The notes under the pieces are model-generated. The model did no database searches, was not told the origin of the DNA, and saw only the letters and a list, made by a program, of their open reading frames with translations. This document shows, one piece after another, positions 9,352 through 19,571 of a DNA stretch of 31,500 nt. The stretch spans positions 1 through 31,500 of the forward strand of contig JBEULP010000059.1 in assembly GCA_041287245.1 (NCBI GenBank), in the 5' to 3' direction. The position numbers and the translations under genes are program-made. Each line of letters begins with the position of its first letter. Positions within the stretch are counted from its first letter, which is position 1. Source of the DNA: Infirmifilum sp. GTDB taxonomy: Archaea > Thermoproteota > Thermoprotei > Thermofilales > Thermofilaceae.

Positions 9352-10494
9352 CTACGGGTTATTATTCTTTCCTATAGGGAAACCCAAGCCTTCTTTGCTC
9401 CAGGCGTCTTTGCGTCTCCTCTTAGTGTTGAAAAAGGTAACGGGTAGGACAAGGAATATAGACATTATACTTGAAAAACTGATGGGCTCGACTCCCAAGA
9501 GGGCGTTTGCAAGGCTGCTGAGAGGCGGGGCTACAGCATACCCGAGACCTATAAACGATTCGAAAAGGGAAGTGGCTCTTTCCACACCCTGGCCTCTATT
9601 GAAGACCTGTTCGAGGGCGGTTGCATAGACAATGCCCTGGCTAAAGCCTATGACGCTTGCTATCAAAAAAGTAAGGAAAGGGTCGCTGGTCCTCGTGAGC
9701 GTGATACCTGCCCCAAAGAGGAGAGATGCGAGAAGGATGTTTTTGCTAAAAGCTGGTAGCTTTTCAAAAAAGAAGAATGTAAGCGTCCTTGTAAATAGCA
9801 TCGAGAAGTTCACGAGCGATATATAGTCTTTGCTTAGCGAGTGGCTCTCAATAAAAATAGGGTAGAAGGTGAACACCCCACTCGAGGAGGCTGAGTAGGC
9901 TAGGCAATAGAACCAGGGAGTCAGCAGTAAAAGGAGGCGCTTCAAGCTGTTATTAGGCTGCATCGCCATACCCCTGCTCGTCTTAACCTGGTGTTTCATC
10001 CTTGGAGATAAAACACTTCCAGAGAAGGCTACTAGGGAGTAGAAAACGAAGAGAAGCTTAAGGTCGATTCGAAGGAGAGACGAGGTTATAAGTGCGCCAG
10101 CCAGTGAGCCTGAACTCCATGAGAAAGAGAAGAGAGACACGCTCGAACCCTTAGTCGACAATGAGCTCTCAACGGCGGGCCAGAAAACGCCGAAGCCGAG
10201 GAGGACTGTGCTTGCTGGGAGGAGGAGGCTTGTGAAATCAGCCGCCAGAGTGTGAGCCCAAAGTCCTGCAGCTATCAGGCAAAAGGATAAGAGGATCGTT
10301 TTAGCTGCCCCCAGTTTTCTGTAAAGGATGGCTGAAAGCAACGCCCCTACAATGTAAATTAGCGAGGCAAAACCAGTTATAAAGCCGATTTGGAGCTCCG
10401 TTAGCGACAAGTTATAAGCATAGATCACCAACGTCGGGGTAAACACTGCCTGGAGGAATGATGCTATGAAGGAAAGCACGTAGGCAACATCCAA
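9352..10494 (-). CDS. MFS transporter
   Basis: 380 aa with about 12 hydrophobic segments; motif-A-like G(A)LLSAILYRKLG in loop 2-3; C-terminal GLGYAVAPPLSS. Confidence 0.8.
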   Translation of the reverse strand: MDVAYVLSFIASFLQAVFTPTLVIYAYNLSLTELQIGFITGFASLIYIVGALLSAILYRKLGAAKTILLSFCLIAAGLWAHTLAADFTSLLLPASTVLLGFGVFWPAVESSLSTKGSSVSLFSFSWSSGSLAGALITSSLLRIDLKLLFVFYSLVAFSGSVLSPRMKHQVKTSRGMAMQPNNSLKRLLLLLTPWFYCLAYSASSSGVFTFYPIFIESHSLSKDYISLVNFSMLFTRTLTFFFFEKLPAFSKNILLASLLFGAGITLTRTSDPFLTFLIASVIGFSQGIVYATALEQVFNRGQGVERATSLFESFIGLGYAVAPPLSSLANALLGVEPISFSSIMSIFLVLPVTFFNTKRRRKDAWSKEGLGFPIGKNNNP

Positions 10495-10597
10495 GCCTCA
10501 ACACCTCACCTGCCATTCCAGTATTCACTGTTTAAAAATCTTGGTAAACTACTTGTTATCCAGGCTTTCACCGGGTAGTCCAGAGATACCACCCTAT

Positions 10598-11470
10598 TTA
10601 GAGGATAAGAGCTCTTATTGTCCCTTGGAGGAAGGGTACGAGAAGGGTGAGTATAAATCCGTGGATAAGGCTTACAATAGAAGCGTCCTCACCGTAGACA
10701 TACGAGTATACAGGAAGAGTATTATCCATTGTGGTAGCGCCCCCGAGGCTTATCATGGAAAGGAAAGGCTTGCGTAGCAAAGGCACGAGCACGAATGTTA
10801 GTTGCTCCCGGAGTACATTTACAAGGAAAGCTGTGAACCCCCACATCGGTCCATATGCCTGAGCCACAAAAGGTCCCGCGAAACTATACCATCCAAGGCC
10901 AAACATGATTTGGAGCGCGACGTCCGGTGGAAGGCCCAGTAGGAGAGATGACCCCAGACCCGTAATGAGCGCTGACAAGATGCTTAGCAGGACGGCCTTT
11001 AGGGCTATCCGCCCGCCGGTTTTAATGCTCTCGAAGTGTATGTCGCCCGAGACTGCTAAGCCGGTAACCGCGATCACGAGGTACACCTCTAGCAGAACAA
11101 CGTTCTGAAGGAACGTTTGGGGAACCAGGGGGTAGAGAAAACCCACGGTCCACCCGGCTATGATGGCTGCTAAGAGAGAGTAGCTGGGGCGAGCCTTAGG
11201 CTTCGACTTCAAGGTTTGGGAACTGTTTGAGTCAAAGAGGTATCCAAGCGTGACGAGGGAGAACACAAGTAAGCCGAGGATGGCTATCGTGGTGACTAGG
11301 CTTTTAAAGAGGATGCTTACGCCGCTCTCAGCAGCCCACAAAGATATTGTGAACACTAGGGCTATGACGACACTCCGGAAGACAATGTCAGGAACCTTGA
11401 CACCAAGTATCTTGCCGAGGATTATGGCGGCTGCGAAGGCTATCATTATACCAAGGGAGCCCAACTCCAT
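10598..11470 (-). CDS. LysO/DUF340-family membrane exporter
   Basis: GLGWYSFAG, NVLREQLT, GGATTMDNTLP, HGFILTLLVP are LysO-family signatures. Confidence 0.8.
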   Translation of the reverse strand: MELGSLGIMIAFAAAIILGKILGVKVPDIVFRSVVIALVFTISLWAAESGVSILFKSLVTTIAILGLLVFSLVTLGYLFDSNSSQTLKSKPKARPSYSLLAAIIAGWTVGFLYPLVPQTFLQNVVLLEVYLVIAVTGLAVSGDIHFESIKTGGRIALKAVLLSILSALITGLGSSLLLGLPPDVALQIMFGLGWYSFAGPFVAQAYGPMWGFTAFLVNVLREQLTFVLVPLLRKPFLSMISLGGATTMDNTLPVYSYVYGEDASIVSLIHGFILTLLVPFLQGTIRALIL

Positions 11471-11659
11471 ACTAAGCCTGGGTTTAAAACAGCCTATCTT
11501 TTAAAATCTTTAGAGCACGGTAATGTAAAAATTACGAAAAGCCCGTGTTGAACACCTACTGGTTTAACTGGGTGAGTAGCAAGGGTCACTCACGTCGTAT
11601 CTGCTACTTTTGGTCTTGAGCGGGATTTATTAAAAACCAGGAGATAAAATCAATGGGTG

Positions 11660-12415
11660 TTAGGGCCGTCTCGAGCTATTTGAGGGTTTTTCTTGAGAAG
11701 GGCTAAGGATCTCATATATGGCGCACAGGTTGTCTATTACGAAGACGTCTTCCCTGATGCGAACTTCAGGGTTGTACATCCCAGTTTTAACAACCAACGC
11801 GCGGAAGCCAGCCTCCGAGACCATATTTGCAAACTCTACTCTGTCGTCTATATGCGCTACTTCTGAGTAGGAGAGCCCATATTTAAAGGCCAGGCTAACT
11901 AGCGCCTCTACCCTGGAAGGGGAATCCTCTGGTACGACTATTATCTCGTCGAAAAACTTGGATAAGTTTCCGAGCTCGAGACGCCTCCTCTTCAAGCCTG
12001 GAACCCCGTCGCCCCCCGACACGGTAACGACGATTTTCCCGATATTCTTAAGCTCGCGTAGAAGCCGTATGGCGCACGGTAGTGTAGGAGAAGCTTTTAC
12101 CCGCGCCTCTGTTAGGAGATCGTATAGCTCGTCTCTCTTCGGGTTTAGCTTGAGACCTCGCTTCGCCGCTGCCTCCTCTAGCAGCTCGGGCATCTTAGAG
12201 TAGTCCATAGTGCCGTTCCTCTCACGGGCATACCATGCCTCCAAAGCGTCGTTTGAGACTGGTTGAAGCATGTTGGGAGGGACGCCTATATATAGGAGCA
12301 GTATCTCGATCACGTCGCGCATGTAGCTATAGCTGTCTATTATCGTTCCGTCGATATCGAAGGAGAATAGCTTTACACCATCCAGCAAAGACTTCAGGTC
12401 CTGCATAGCTACCAA
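11660..12415 (-). CDS. HAD-superfamily hydrolase
   Basis: FDIDGTIIDS motif I, VTVSG motif II, FFDEII, HIDDR motif IV. Confidence 0.8.
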   Translation of the reverse strand: MVAMQDLKSLLDGVKLFSFDIDGTIIDSYSYMRDVIEILLLYIGVPPNMLQPVSNDALEAWYARERNGTMDYSKMPELLEEAAAKRGLKLNPKRDELYDLLTEARVKASPTLPCAIRLLRELKNIGKIVVTVSGGDGVPGLKRRRLELGNLSKFFDEIIVVPEDSPSRVEALVSLAFKYGLSYSEVAHIDDRVEFANMVSEAGFRALVVKTGMYNPEVRIREDVFVIDNLCAIYEILSPSQEKPSNSSRRP

Positions 12416-12434
12416 GGCTCAAACAGCTCTTCGC

Positions 12435-13178
12435 TTAAAAAGATTTAGCACTTCCATTCAGACGCTGGGCCTTCCTCCTCGACTTATAAGTGTAGAACCA
12501 GGCTATAGCTAACACCAGGAGGACTGCTGCGGCGTAGTCCAGTACACGCGTATAGTTCTCGATTATGACCCAATTCTCGCCGAGAACCCAGCCGAGGTAA
12601 GCCAGCATGGCGTTCCAGGGTATTGACCCTACAAGGGTTAGCACGAGAAACTTCCAGACGTCCATTCGCGCCATACCCGCGGGGAGGGAGATCACAGTCC
12701 TAACCGCTGGGAGCATACGTCCAGTCAGAATAATCAACCCCCCGTACCGTTGAAAAAGTGCCTGCGCATTGAGAATATCTTCCTCCTCGATCAAGAAATA
12801 CTTCCCGTACTTCTCAACCGCTGAGAGACCTGGGCCCTCGCCCAGCCTGTATAACAGGTATGACCCGACGAGGTTGCCCAGGGTACCCGACGCCACGACT
12901 AGAAGCAAATCCATTTTTCCGCTCCAAGCTAGGAAGCCCGCGAAGGTCATCACTACCTCGCTTGGTATGGGGACCAGAGCGCTCTCCAACACCATGAGCA
13001 AGAATATCCCTGGATACCCCAGCTTCTCAATCGTCAACGTCGAGTACTTGACGGCTAGGCTTATCAGGGAGCTACCGCCATAAGTATGAAGAAAATATAT
13101 TCCTACAAGGAGGATTATCAGTCCAGCTGCAAGGATTAAAGGTGTTTTCATACGTGAGAACCCCTCATCAGCCTCCAA
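12435..13178 (-). CDS. DedA/VTT-family membrane protein
   Basis: LESALVPIPSEVVMTFAG, GNLVGS, GRMLPAVRTVISLPAG; start uncertain (13178 or ATG near 13151). Confidence 0.9.
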   Translation of the reverse strand: MEADEGFSRMKTPLILAAGLIILLVGIYFLHTYGGSSLISLAVKYSTLTIEKLGYPGIFLLMVLESALVPIPSEVVMTFAGFLAWSGKMDLLLVVASGTLGNLVGSYLLYRLGEGPGLSAVEKYGKYFLIEEEDILNAQALFQRYGGLIILTGRMLPAVRTVISLPAGMARMDVWKFLVLTLVGSIPWNAMLAYLGWVLGENWVIIENYTRVLDYAAAVLLVLAIAWFYTYKSRRKAQRLNGSAKSF

Positions 13179-13200
13179 GCACCATTATAGCATGTTGATA

Positions 13201-13614
13201 TCACTCGCTCGCGCCTCGAATCGACCTGACAGACTCCACTATCTCTTGGTAAAGCCTTGGGCTATACCCTACGAATCTGCGCGCCTCCTTACCCTTATAG
13301 AATAATACCAAAGTCGGAATGTTATAAACTTCAAAAGCTGCTGCAAGCGTAGGGTTGAGGTCGACATTTACCTTTGCGACTGCAAGCGTATCTCCATATT
13401 CTTCCCCAACTTTGGCGACCACAGGCTCTACCAGGCGGCAGGGGCCGCACCACTCAGCCCAGAAGTCGGCGAGAACCATGCTGCACTTCCTCAGAAGCTC
13501 GTTTAGCTTCTCCGGGTCTGCCTGCTTCTCGGCTGGACACCTCCCTTTGACGGGGGCTTGGACAAGGAGTTCGCGGAGCATCCTCCTCTTAATCAACTCT
13601 ATGTCACTACTCAT
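13201..13614 (-). CDS. trxA: Thioredoxin with archaeal N-terminal extension
   Basis: DFWAEWCGPC, KVNVD, IPT, RFVG. Confidence 0.9.
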   Translation of the reverse strand: MSSDIELIKRRMLRELLVQAPVKGRCPAEKQADPEKLNELLRKCSMVLADFWAEWCGPCRLVEPVVAKVGEEYGDTLAVAKVNVDLNPTLAAAFEVYNIPTLVLFYKGKEARRFVGYSPRLYQEIVESVRSIRGASE

Positions 13615-13826
13615 AGGGCTTCGTTATCTTCATCTCGATAAAAATTTTTTGTAAATTACTATGAGGGTTTCAGCTGCAATGAACCCTTATATAGGATCTA
13701 AGCGCCCGCTATGGGTTCAAGCAAAAGTTTCTTGAAAGCTGATACACAGGCTAGGCAGGGGCTGGCAAAGGCATATAAATTTTTATTAAAAAGATTATTT
13801 AAAGAACTTAATCGGAACGTTTTTGT

Positions 13827-15401
13827 ATGAATAGAAAAATTCTCGTGATAGACCAAGGGACCACGGGAACCCGCGTCGCACTTTACAACGAGGATGGAAC
13901 CCCCGTCCCAGGCGGATGGGCATACAGGGAACACGCCCAGATATATCCGAGGCCGGGATGGGTTGAACATAACCCTCTTGAAATCTGGGAGAAGACATTG
14001 CTGTGCATGAAAGAAGCGCTCCAACGCTCTAAAACGAGTCCGGAAGAGGTTTCAGCAATAGGGGTAACTAATCAGAGAGAAACCGTTGTGGTCTGGGACC
14101 CACGGAGCGGACAGCCGCTTTACAATGCTCTCGTCTGGCAGGATAGAAGAACCGCTCCGATCACAGACAACCTTCGGAAGACCCACTTCAGCTTAATATA
14201 CGAGAAGACAGGGCTTGTCCCCGACCCCTACTTCTCGGCGACGAAAATACAGTGGCTTTTGGAAAACGTGGAAGGACTACGTGAGAAAATGATTAAGGGA
14301 GAAGCAATCTTCGGAACCATCGACACCTGGATAATTTGGAATCTGACTAGGGGCTCCCGCGAGACCGCAACACCCGAGAAAGGCGGCGCACACATCACGG
14401 ATTATTCCAATGCCTCTAGAACAATGCTTTTTAACATACACAGGCTTCAATGGGACGAGGAGCTTCTCAGCCTGATGGGTAATATCGACGCGGACAGCCT
14501 CCCGATTCCCAGGCCTTCCAGCGACAAGGACGCATATGGCTATACGGGACCCGAAACCAGCGGTGTGTTCGAAGGGAAAAGCATTCCTGTGACAGGCGAT
14601 GCCGGGGACCAGCAAGCCGCACTTTTTGGCCAGGCAGGTTTTGAAGAAGGGGAGGTTAAGTGTACCTATGGAACTGGAAACTTTATTCTCCTGAACACGG
14701 GGGGTAGGGGGGTTAAGTCGAGGAACAACCTCCTCACAACTGTCTTCTACAGCCTTGAGGAGGGGAGGGCAACCTACGCGTTGGAGGGAAGCATATTCAT
14801 AACAGGGGCTGCAATCCAGTGGCTTCGCGACGGGCTGAAGCTTATCGAGGTTTCTCCCGAGGTAGACCCTCTAGCAGAAGCAACCGACGACACCGGAGGG
14901 CTGTACTTCGTCCCAGCCTTTACGGGTCTAGGCGCGCCTTACTGGGATCCCTACGCGAGGGGACTCATCATAGGGATTACACGGGGAACCACAAGGAGGC
15001 ACATAGCCAGGGCTGTTATTGAGAGCATCGCCTATCTAACCCGCGACGTCATCGAGGCTATGGAGAGGGACATTGGAGCAAGGATAAAGAGTCTAAAAGC
15101 GGATGGTGGCGCGGCTAAAAGCGATGTACTCTTACAGTTCCAAGCCGACATACTGGGGGTGGAGGTCTTGAGGCCTCTTATCCGGGAAACTACATCCCTG
15201 GGTGTAGCCTACCTGGCTGGACTAGCGGTAGGTTTATGGAGTAGCCTGGACGAGATAAAATCTCTGTGGAAAGCTGAAAAAGTGTTTAAGCCGCAGATGG
15301 AACTCGAGAGGCGTGAAAGGCTCTACAAGGGATGGAAGTCGGCGGTAAGCCGTGCACTCGGCTGGGCTAAGGAGATCCCCTGGGCCTATGGATACGAGTG
15401 A
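13827..15401 (+). CDS. glpK: Glycerol kinase
   Basis: [78 protein letters not shown]. Confidence 0.96.
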   Translation: MNRKILVIDQGTTGTRVALYNEDGTPVPGGWAYREHAQIYPRPGWVEHNPLEIWEKTLLCMKEALQRSKTSPEEVSAIGVTNQRETVVVWDPRSGQPLYNALVWQDRRTAPITDNLRKTHFSLIYEKTGLVPDPYFSATKIQWLLENVEGLREKMIKGEAIFGTIDTWIIWNLTRGSRETATPEKGGAHITDYSNASRTMLFNIHRLQWDEELLSLMGNIDADSLPIPRPSSDKDAYGYTGPETSGVFEGKSIPVTGDAGDQQAALFGQAGFEEGEVKCTYGTGNFILLNTGGRGVKSRNNLLTTVFYSLEEGRATYALEGSIFITGAAIQWLRDGLKLIEVSPEVDPLAEATDDTGGLYFVPAFTGLGAPYWDPYARGLIIGITRGTTRRHIARAVIESIAYLTRDVIEAMERDIGARIKSLKADGGAAKSDVLLQFQADILGVEVLRPLIRETTSLGVAYLAGLAVGLWSSLDEIKSLWKAEKVFKPQMELERRERLYKGWKSAVSRALGWAKEIPWAYGYE

Positions 15402-15453
15402 ACTAACATATCTTTTGGATTATTAAATATTTTTGTTACCTAAAACTCAAATA

Positions 15454-15474
15454 ATATGTAAAATTTTTACATAT
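15454..15474. promoter_or_regulatory. Perfect 21-bp palindrome, candidate operator of the glpA-sdhBCD-like unit
   Basis: ATATGTAAAA-T-TTTTACATAT ending 1 nt before the GTG start at 15476; TATA-like TATTAAATA at 15421-15429. Confidence 0.6.
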
Positions 15475-15475
15475 C

Positions 15476-16645
15476 GTGGCAGAAATAGGCAAGGATGTTC
15501 TTGTCATCGGCGGCGGAGTTACAGGCGCCGCGATAACCTATGACTTGGCCCTAAGAGGCTTCAAGGTCACCCTTGTCGAGAGGGGTAGTCTAGGCGCGGG
15601 GACAAGCGGGCGTACACACGGGCTGCTCCACAGCGGCTGCCGTTATATAGCGGACGTTGACGTGGCACGCGAGTGCTACACTGAAAACGTGACATTGCGG
15701 AGGATCGCGCCTTTCCTTTTCGAGAAGAACGGAGGGCTCTTCATAGCGGTAGGAGAGGATGATCTTAAGTACAAGGAGTTCTTCCTCAAGCAGTGTGAGA
15801 AAGCAGAGATACCTGTAAGGGAGCTCTCGAGGGAGGAGGCGTTGAAGCTCGAGCCTAATTTAAACCCCGAGATCAAAGCGGCTGTGGAGGTGCCAGACGG
15901 TACATTTGACCCCCTTAAAGTAATACTTACGTTTGCGGCATCAGCCAAAAAACATGGGGCACGCATAAGACCTTTCAACGAAGTCGTGGGCTTCAAGGTT
16001 GTAGACGGGAGAATAGCCAGCGTCACCGTTTTCGACAAGACCACCTTGAGGGAATACCAGCTCAGCCCCGACTACATTGTCAACGCGACCGGCGCGTGGG
16101 CTAACAAGGTGGCTAGGCTTGCGGGACTTACCGTCCCAGTGAAGCCCAGCCCGGGCGTGATGGTCGCCCTAGACGGCCGCATAGGCAACATGGTTTTCAA
16201 CAGGCTCAACAAGCCTGGTGACGGGGACATCATTGTGCACCACAGGGGGACAAGCGTTATCGGAACCACCTCTTGGGTCGTGGAGGACCCAGACGAGGTG
16301 AGAGCACCAAGGGAGCACGTCGAGCTTATGCTCAGGAGAGGTGCAGAGCTAGCCCCTGTCGTCTCGAGGCTTCGCGTGAAGGCGGTCTATGTTTCTTCAA
16401 GGCCTCTTGTTGGTGAAGGCGCGGCGAGCACTGGGCGGGAGGTGAGTAGAAGCTTCGCAATTATAGATCATTCGCGGGAAGGTGTTGAGAACTTCGCCAG
16501 TATAATTGGCGGGAAGTTTACGACTGCTAGGCTGATGGCTGAGAAGATGGGCGACTTTGTTGCAGAGAGACTGGGCGTGTCAGCCGAGTCCCGGACCTCT
16601 CAGCTTCCAATGGTTCCCTACTGGGTTTACTTCGAGGGGGTGTGA
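15476..16645 (+). CDS. glpA: FAD-dependent glycerol-3-phosphate dehydrogenase, GlpA type, lacking the C-terminal [2Fe-2S] domain
   Basis: VIGGGVTG, GTSGRTHGLLHSGCRY, PDGTFDP, VNATGAWA, PGDGDI, GTTS, RPLV, SRSF, GGKFTTARLMAE; directly after glpK. Confidence 0.9.
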   Translation: MAEIGKDVLVIGGGVTGAAITYDLALRGFKVTLVERGSLGAGTSGRTHGLLHSGCRYIADVDVARECYTENVTLRRIAPFLFEKNGGLFIAVGEDDLKYKEFFLKQCEKAEIPVRELSREEALKLEPNLNPEIKAAVEVPDGTFDPLKVILTFAASAKKHGARIRPFNEVVGFKVVDGRIASVTVFDKTTLREYQLSPDYIVNATGAWANKVARLAGLTVPVKPSPGVMVALDGRIGNMVFNRLNKPGDGDIIVHHRGTSVIGTTSWVVEDPDEVRAPREHVELMLRRGAELAPVVSRLRVKAVYVSSRPLVGEGAASTGREVSRSFAIIDHSREGVENFASIIGGKFTTARLMAEKMGDFVAERLGVSAESRTSQLPMVPYWVYFEGV

Positions 16646-16648
16646 AGA

Positions 16649-17317
16649 ATGAAGTATAGGCTTGTCATAAAACGGTTTAAGAATGGTAAAGCCTGGTTCG
16701 ACACCTTCGAGGTGGAGGCTGATCCCGAGGAAAGCGTTCTCGATGTTGTCGAGAGGGTGAGCCTTAAGAAGGATCGGAGCATAGTCTTCGAGCACGCGTG
16801 CCACCACGGTGTTTGCGGCGCCTGTGGAATGACCATAAACGGTGTCGAACGGCTTACATGTGTGACTAAGATCGGGGACGTGGCTAAAGGAGGGGTTGTG
16901 GTCGTAGAGCCTCTGAGGGGGTTCAAGGTGATAAGCGACCTCGCAGTGGACAAGTCGAGGATGTTTGGCAAGTACAGCTACGTGTCCCCAAGTACCCTGG
17001 AGAAGTTATTTATGAACCACGGTGCGGCCTCCATCGAGCGGGAAAAGCTTTTCGACTGCCTTGAATGTGGAATATGCTACTCCGCGTGCCCCATCGCGAA
17101 TACCTTCCCGTCATACCTAGGCCCCTCGCTCCTAGCCATGGTATCCAAGTCTGGAAACGCCCGTGTCCCCCGCATAGTAGACTCGAGAAGCGGTGTTTGG
17201 GGCTGTCACGGGGCTTTCGAGTGTAGCGTCAGGTGCCCCGCCGACTTCAAGCCGGGCGAGTTGATAATGAGGCTTCGCAGGAGGATGTTAAGTGGGGAAG
17301 TTAAGGTGGAGGGTTGA
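16649..17317 (+). CDS. SdhB/FrdB-like iron-sulfur subunit
   Basis: CHHGVCGAC...C ([2Fe-2S]), VEPL, VISDLAVD, CLECGICYSACP ([4Fe-4S]), YLGP, CHGAFECSVRCP ([3Fe-4S] pattern). Confidence 0.9.
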   Translation: MKYRLVIKRFKNGKAWFDTFEVEADPEESVLDVVERVSLKKDRSIVFEHACHHGVCGACGMTINGVERLTCVTKIGDVAKGGVVVVEPLRGFKVISDLAVDKSRMFGKYSYVSPSTLEKLFMNHGAASIEREKLFDCLECGICYSACPIANTFPSYLGPSLLAMVSKSGNARVPRIVDSRSGVWGCHGAFECSVRCPADFKPGELIMRLRRRMLSGEVKVEG

Positions 17318-17322
17318 TAGGT

Positions 17323-17703
17323 ATGGGTTTGAGGGAGGTTTTATCCACATGGTTTCGGGTAAAGGGTAGGAGTTTGGAGCACATCTCATTTGCGGCTAGG
17401 AGGCTCTCCGGGATAATAATGGCCCTTTACCTTCTCGGCCATCTAGTAGACATCTCGACCCTATTATTTGGGCGGGAAGTCTACTCACGTCTTCTAAGCA
17501 TGTTCGCCGGCCCCCTTGGGCTCCTCATTGACTCCTTGCTCTGGGCTGTCCTAGTCATCCACGGGACGCTTGGCATCTACTCGGTAATAGTTGAAGCAGG
17601 CTATCTGCTTGAGCACCGGCGCGCTCTTCTCGTGCTAGCCTGGGTTGCAGCCATAACAATGATAGTGGTTGGCGTATGGGTGATAAGCGGTGTACTCGGC
17701 TAG
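17323..17703 (+). CDS. SdhC-like cytochrome b membrane anchor
   Basis: RRLSG, three TM helices, His in YLLGHL and VIHGTLG; start ATG 17323 (or TTG 17314). Confidence 0.8.
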   Translation: MGLREVLSTWFRVKGRSLEHISFAARRLSGIIMALYLLGHLVDISTLLFGREVYSRLLSMFAGPLGLLIDSLLWAVLVIHGTLGIYSVIVEAGYLLEHRRALLVLAWVAAITMIVVGVWVISGVLG

Positions 17704-18037
17704 AAGAAGCCTAGGCTGGTTATTCCAAGTAGTGACGGCGGCCATACTCGTCCTAGCAGTTCTAAGCCACCTTATTCGGGTACACCTCTCAGGCTCCTAT
17801 CACGGGCTCCCAACATATGATGATGTTGCCTCATCCTTCAAAAATCCTCTGGTCGTAGCAGAAGAGCTAATACTGCTCGCCGCCGCCCTCTATCACGCCC
17901 TATACGGCCTCCACACAGTCCTCGTAGAGGCTAGCCTAGTCCGCGAAGAAAAATCAAAAACAATTTTTACAATACTTGGAGTAATCCTTTTCGCCTACGC
18001 CCTATTACTCACTCTCTACATAGCAATTAAACTCTGA
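17690..18037 (+). CDS. SdhD-like membrane anchor
   Basis: WLFQVVTA, LSHL, YHALYGL, three TM helices; overlaps previous gene. Confidence 0.8.
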   Translation: MYSARRSLGWLFQVVTAAILVLAVLSHLIRVHLSGSYHGLPTYDDVASSFKNPLVVAEELILLAAALYHALYGLHTVLVEASLVREEKSKTIFTILGVILFAYALLLTLYIAIKL

Positions 18038-18142
18038 AAACATTTTTCCTGTAAGCCTGGGAGAATTATCGCTCACTGCTATGCCATGCGTGGAAAATGC
18101 CGACATGGTTGTTCACGAAAAAAGCTTCATGCTTACCTACTT

Positions 18143-18658
18143 CTAGATCTCTTTGACGTCTGAAGCCCTCTCCTCGATCTTCTTAAGCAGATCAGAGTAC
18201 CAGAATGGAAACCTTAACCTTTCTTTTTCAATAGCCCTGCTAATCGTGTAGGGCTTTATATCTAAGATTGGTGTACCGTTGAACAGGTCTAAGCCCTTAA
18301 CGTGTATTCTGCGTCCCTCGATCTTAACAACCTCTAGTATAGAGATTGCTATAGGGTTTGGCCTATGAGGAGAGTCGGTCGCGAAGACTCCGACTTCCGG
18401 TAGCTCTTCTGTACTCAAGCCTAGTCTAAGAAGGCGTCTCGGCTTTACAACCTTGACCTCCGTCGCGCCTATTGGAATATTGTGCAGGTATGCGACTACA
18501 ATTATGTGCGAGAAGCCTTCGAGGCCTTTCAAACACTCAGAATACTCTTCTAGAACCTCTACGTAGCCGTCAACTCCTGTAAAAGACCTCTTAACATCTT
18601 CGTCGCTGTAGCTAGTGTACACGTAGCCTATTGGAGTGAAGCACACTTTATCATTCAA
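18143..18658 (-). CDS. trmO: tRNA (t6A37-N6)-methyltransferase TrmO/TsaA family
   Basis: PIGYV, LKGLEGFSHI, GVFATDSPHRPNPI, GLDLFNGTPILDIKPY. Confidence 0.9.
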   Translation of the reverse strand: MNDKVCFTPIGYVYTSYSDEDVKRSFTGVDGYVEVLEEYSECLKGLEGFSHIIVVAYLHNIPIGATEVKVVKPRRLLRLGLSTEELPEVGVFATDSPHRPNPIAISILEVVKIEGRRIHVKGLDLFNGTPILDIKPYTISRAIEKERLRFPFWYSDLLKKIEERASDVKEI

Positions 18659-18953
18659 AGGCTGGTCACCCGGACTTATATTTGTACCAGGGTTTTAAGT
18701 GGATAGCTTAACGCCGCCACCGCCGAGCTGGAGTGCCCATTAGCCTGTAGTCTATCCATGTGGAAGAATCCATCGCTGTTTGACGCGTCACCCTCTCGGC
18801 TACACAAACTATACTTGGAAACTCTTTCTCGCTGACCTACCTCTTTTCTTCAACGTGAACCTCTTTTTAAGACAAAATGGAGACATTTTTTGCTTTACCC
18901 ATAGACTTTTGATAATAGGCAAGGTTAATTAGACCCTTTTTTCCGCCAGACCC

Positions 18954-19571
18954 ATGATGCCTATTGCAGAGGAGCTAGCAAAGGAGCTCGAGGGCAACCC
19001 TGAGGTAGCCAGGAGACTGGCGAGGAAACTTATAGAGAGCATAGAGCCTGAACTATCCATCTCAGTCCAGATAAGCAGGCTTGTCGAGCAGATGAGCAAG
19101 CTGGCTGAAGAACAGAAGAAGATATGGGAGGAGATAAGGGAGATGAGGAGAAGGCAGGATAGCTTTGAGTTCGAGCTGGTTAGGCTAAGGGAGTCAATTA
19201 TGTACGGCTTCTCCCAGGTCACTAAATTCACCGGAATAACTTTTGAGCAGTCCGTCAGGACGCTACTGACAGACCTGTTGAGAAAGTTCGGGGAAATCCC
19301 AGAGGGGGCTGAGCTGAGGAAGGCTTACGTGGATGGGGAGGAGGTAGACATCTTCCTGGAGGATCCCTTAATCGTCGGGGAGGTTACAGCCCATGCTGCG
19401 CCTGATAAAGTTGATAAACTCTTGAGGAAGGTTCGGAGGGCCGAGGAGATATACAAGAGGAGGGCTAGAGTCATCCTGGTTGCTGAGACTGCTGACTTGG
19501 AATTGTCTAGAGAGTTGAGGAAGAAGGCTAGGGAGGAGGGAGTTGAGTTGGTGATTGGGAAAGAGATCTAG
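18954..19571 (+). CDS. Coiled-coil protein with C-terminal degenerate PD-(D/E)XK-like domain
   Basis: Heptad-rich N-half (EEQKKIWEEIREM), G-x-x-FE helix, EVDI...IVGEVT, C-terminal ARExGV. Confidence 0.65.
   Translation: MMPIAEELAKELEGNPEVARRLARKLIESIEPELSISVQISRLVEQMSKLAEEQKKIWEEIREMRRRQDSFEFELVRLRESIMYGFSQVTKFTGITFEQSVRTLLTDLLRKFGEIPEGAELRKAYVDGEEVDIFLEDPLIVGEVTAHAAPDKVDKLLRKVRRAEEIYKRRARVILVAETADLELSRELRKKAREEGVELVIGKEI

Noticed and set aside
13664..13687. Inverted repeat AGGGTT...AACCCT in the trx/glpK divergent region
   Set aside because: Only 6-bp arms, single instance; could be chance
16649..18037. Calling these genes a succinate dehydrogenase operon
   Set aside because: No SdhA/FrdA flavoprotein in the window; the coupled flavoprotein has GlpA motifs
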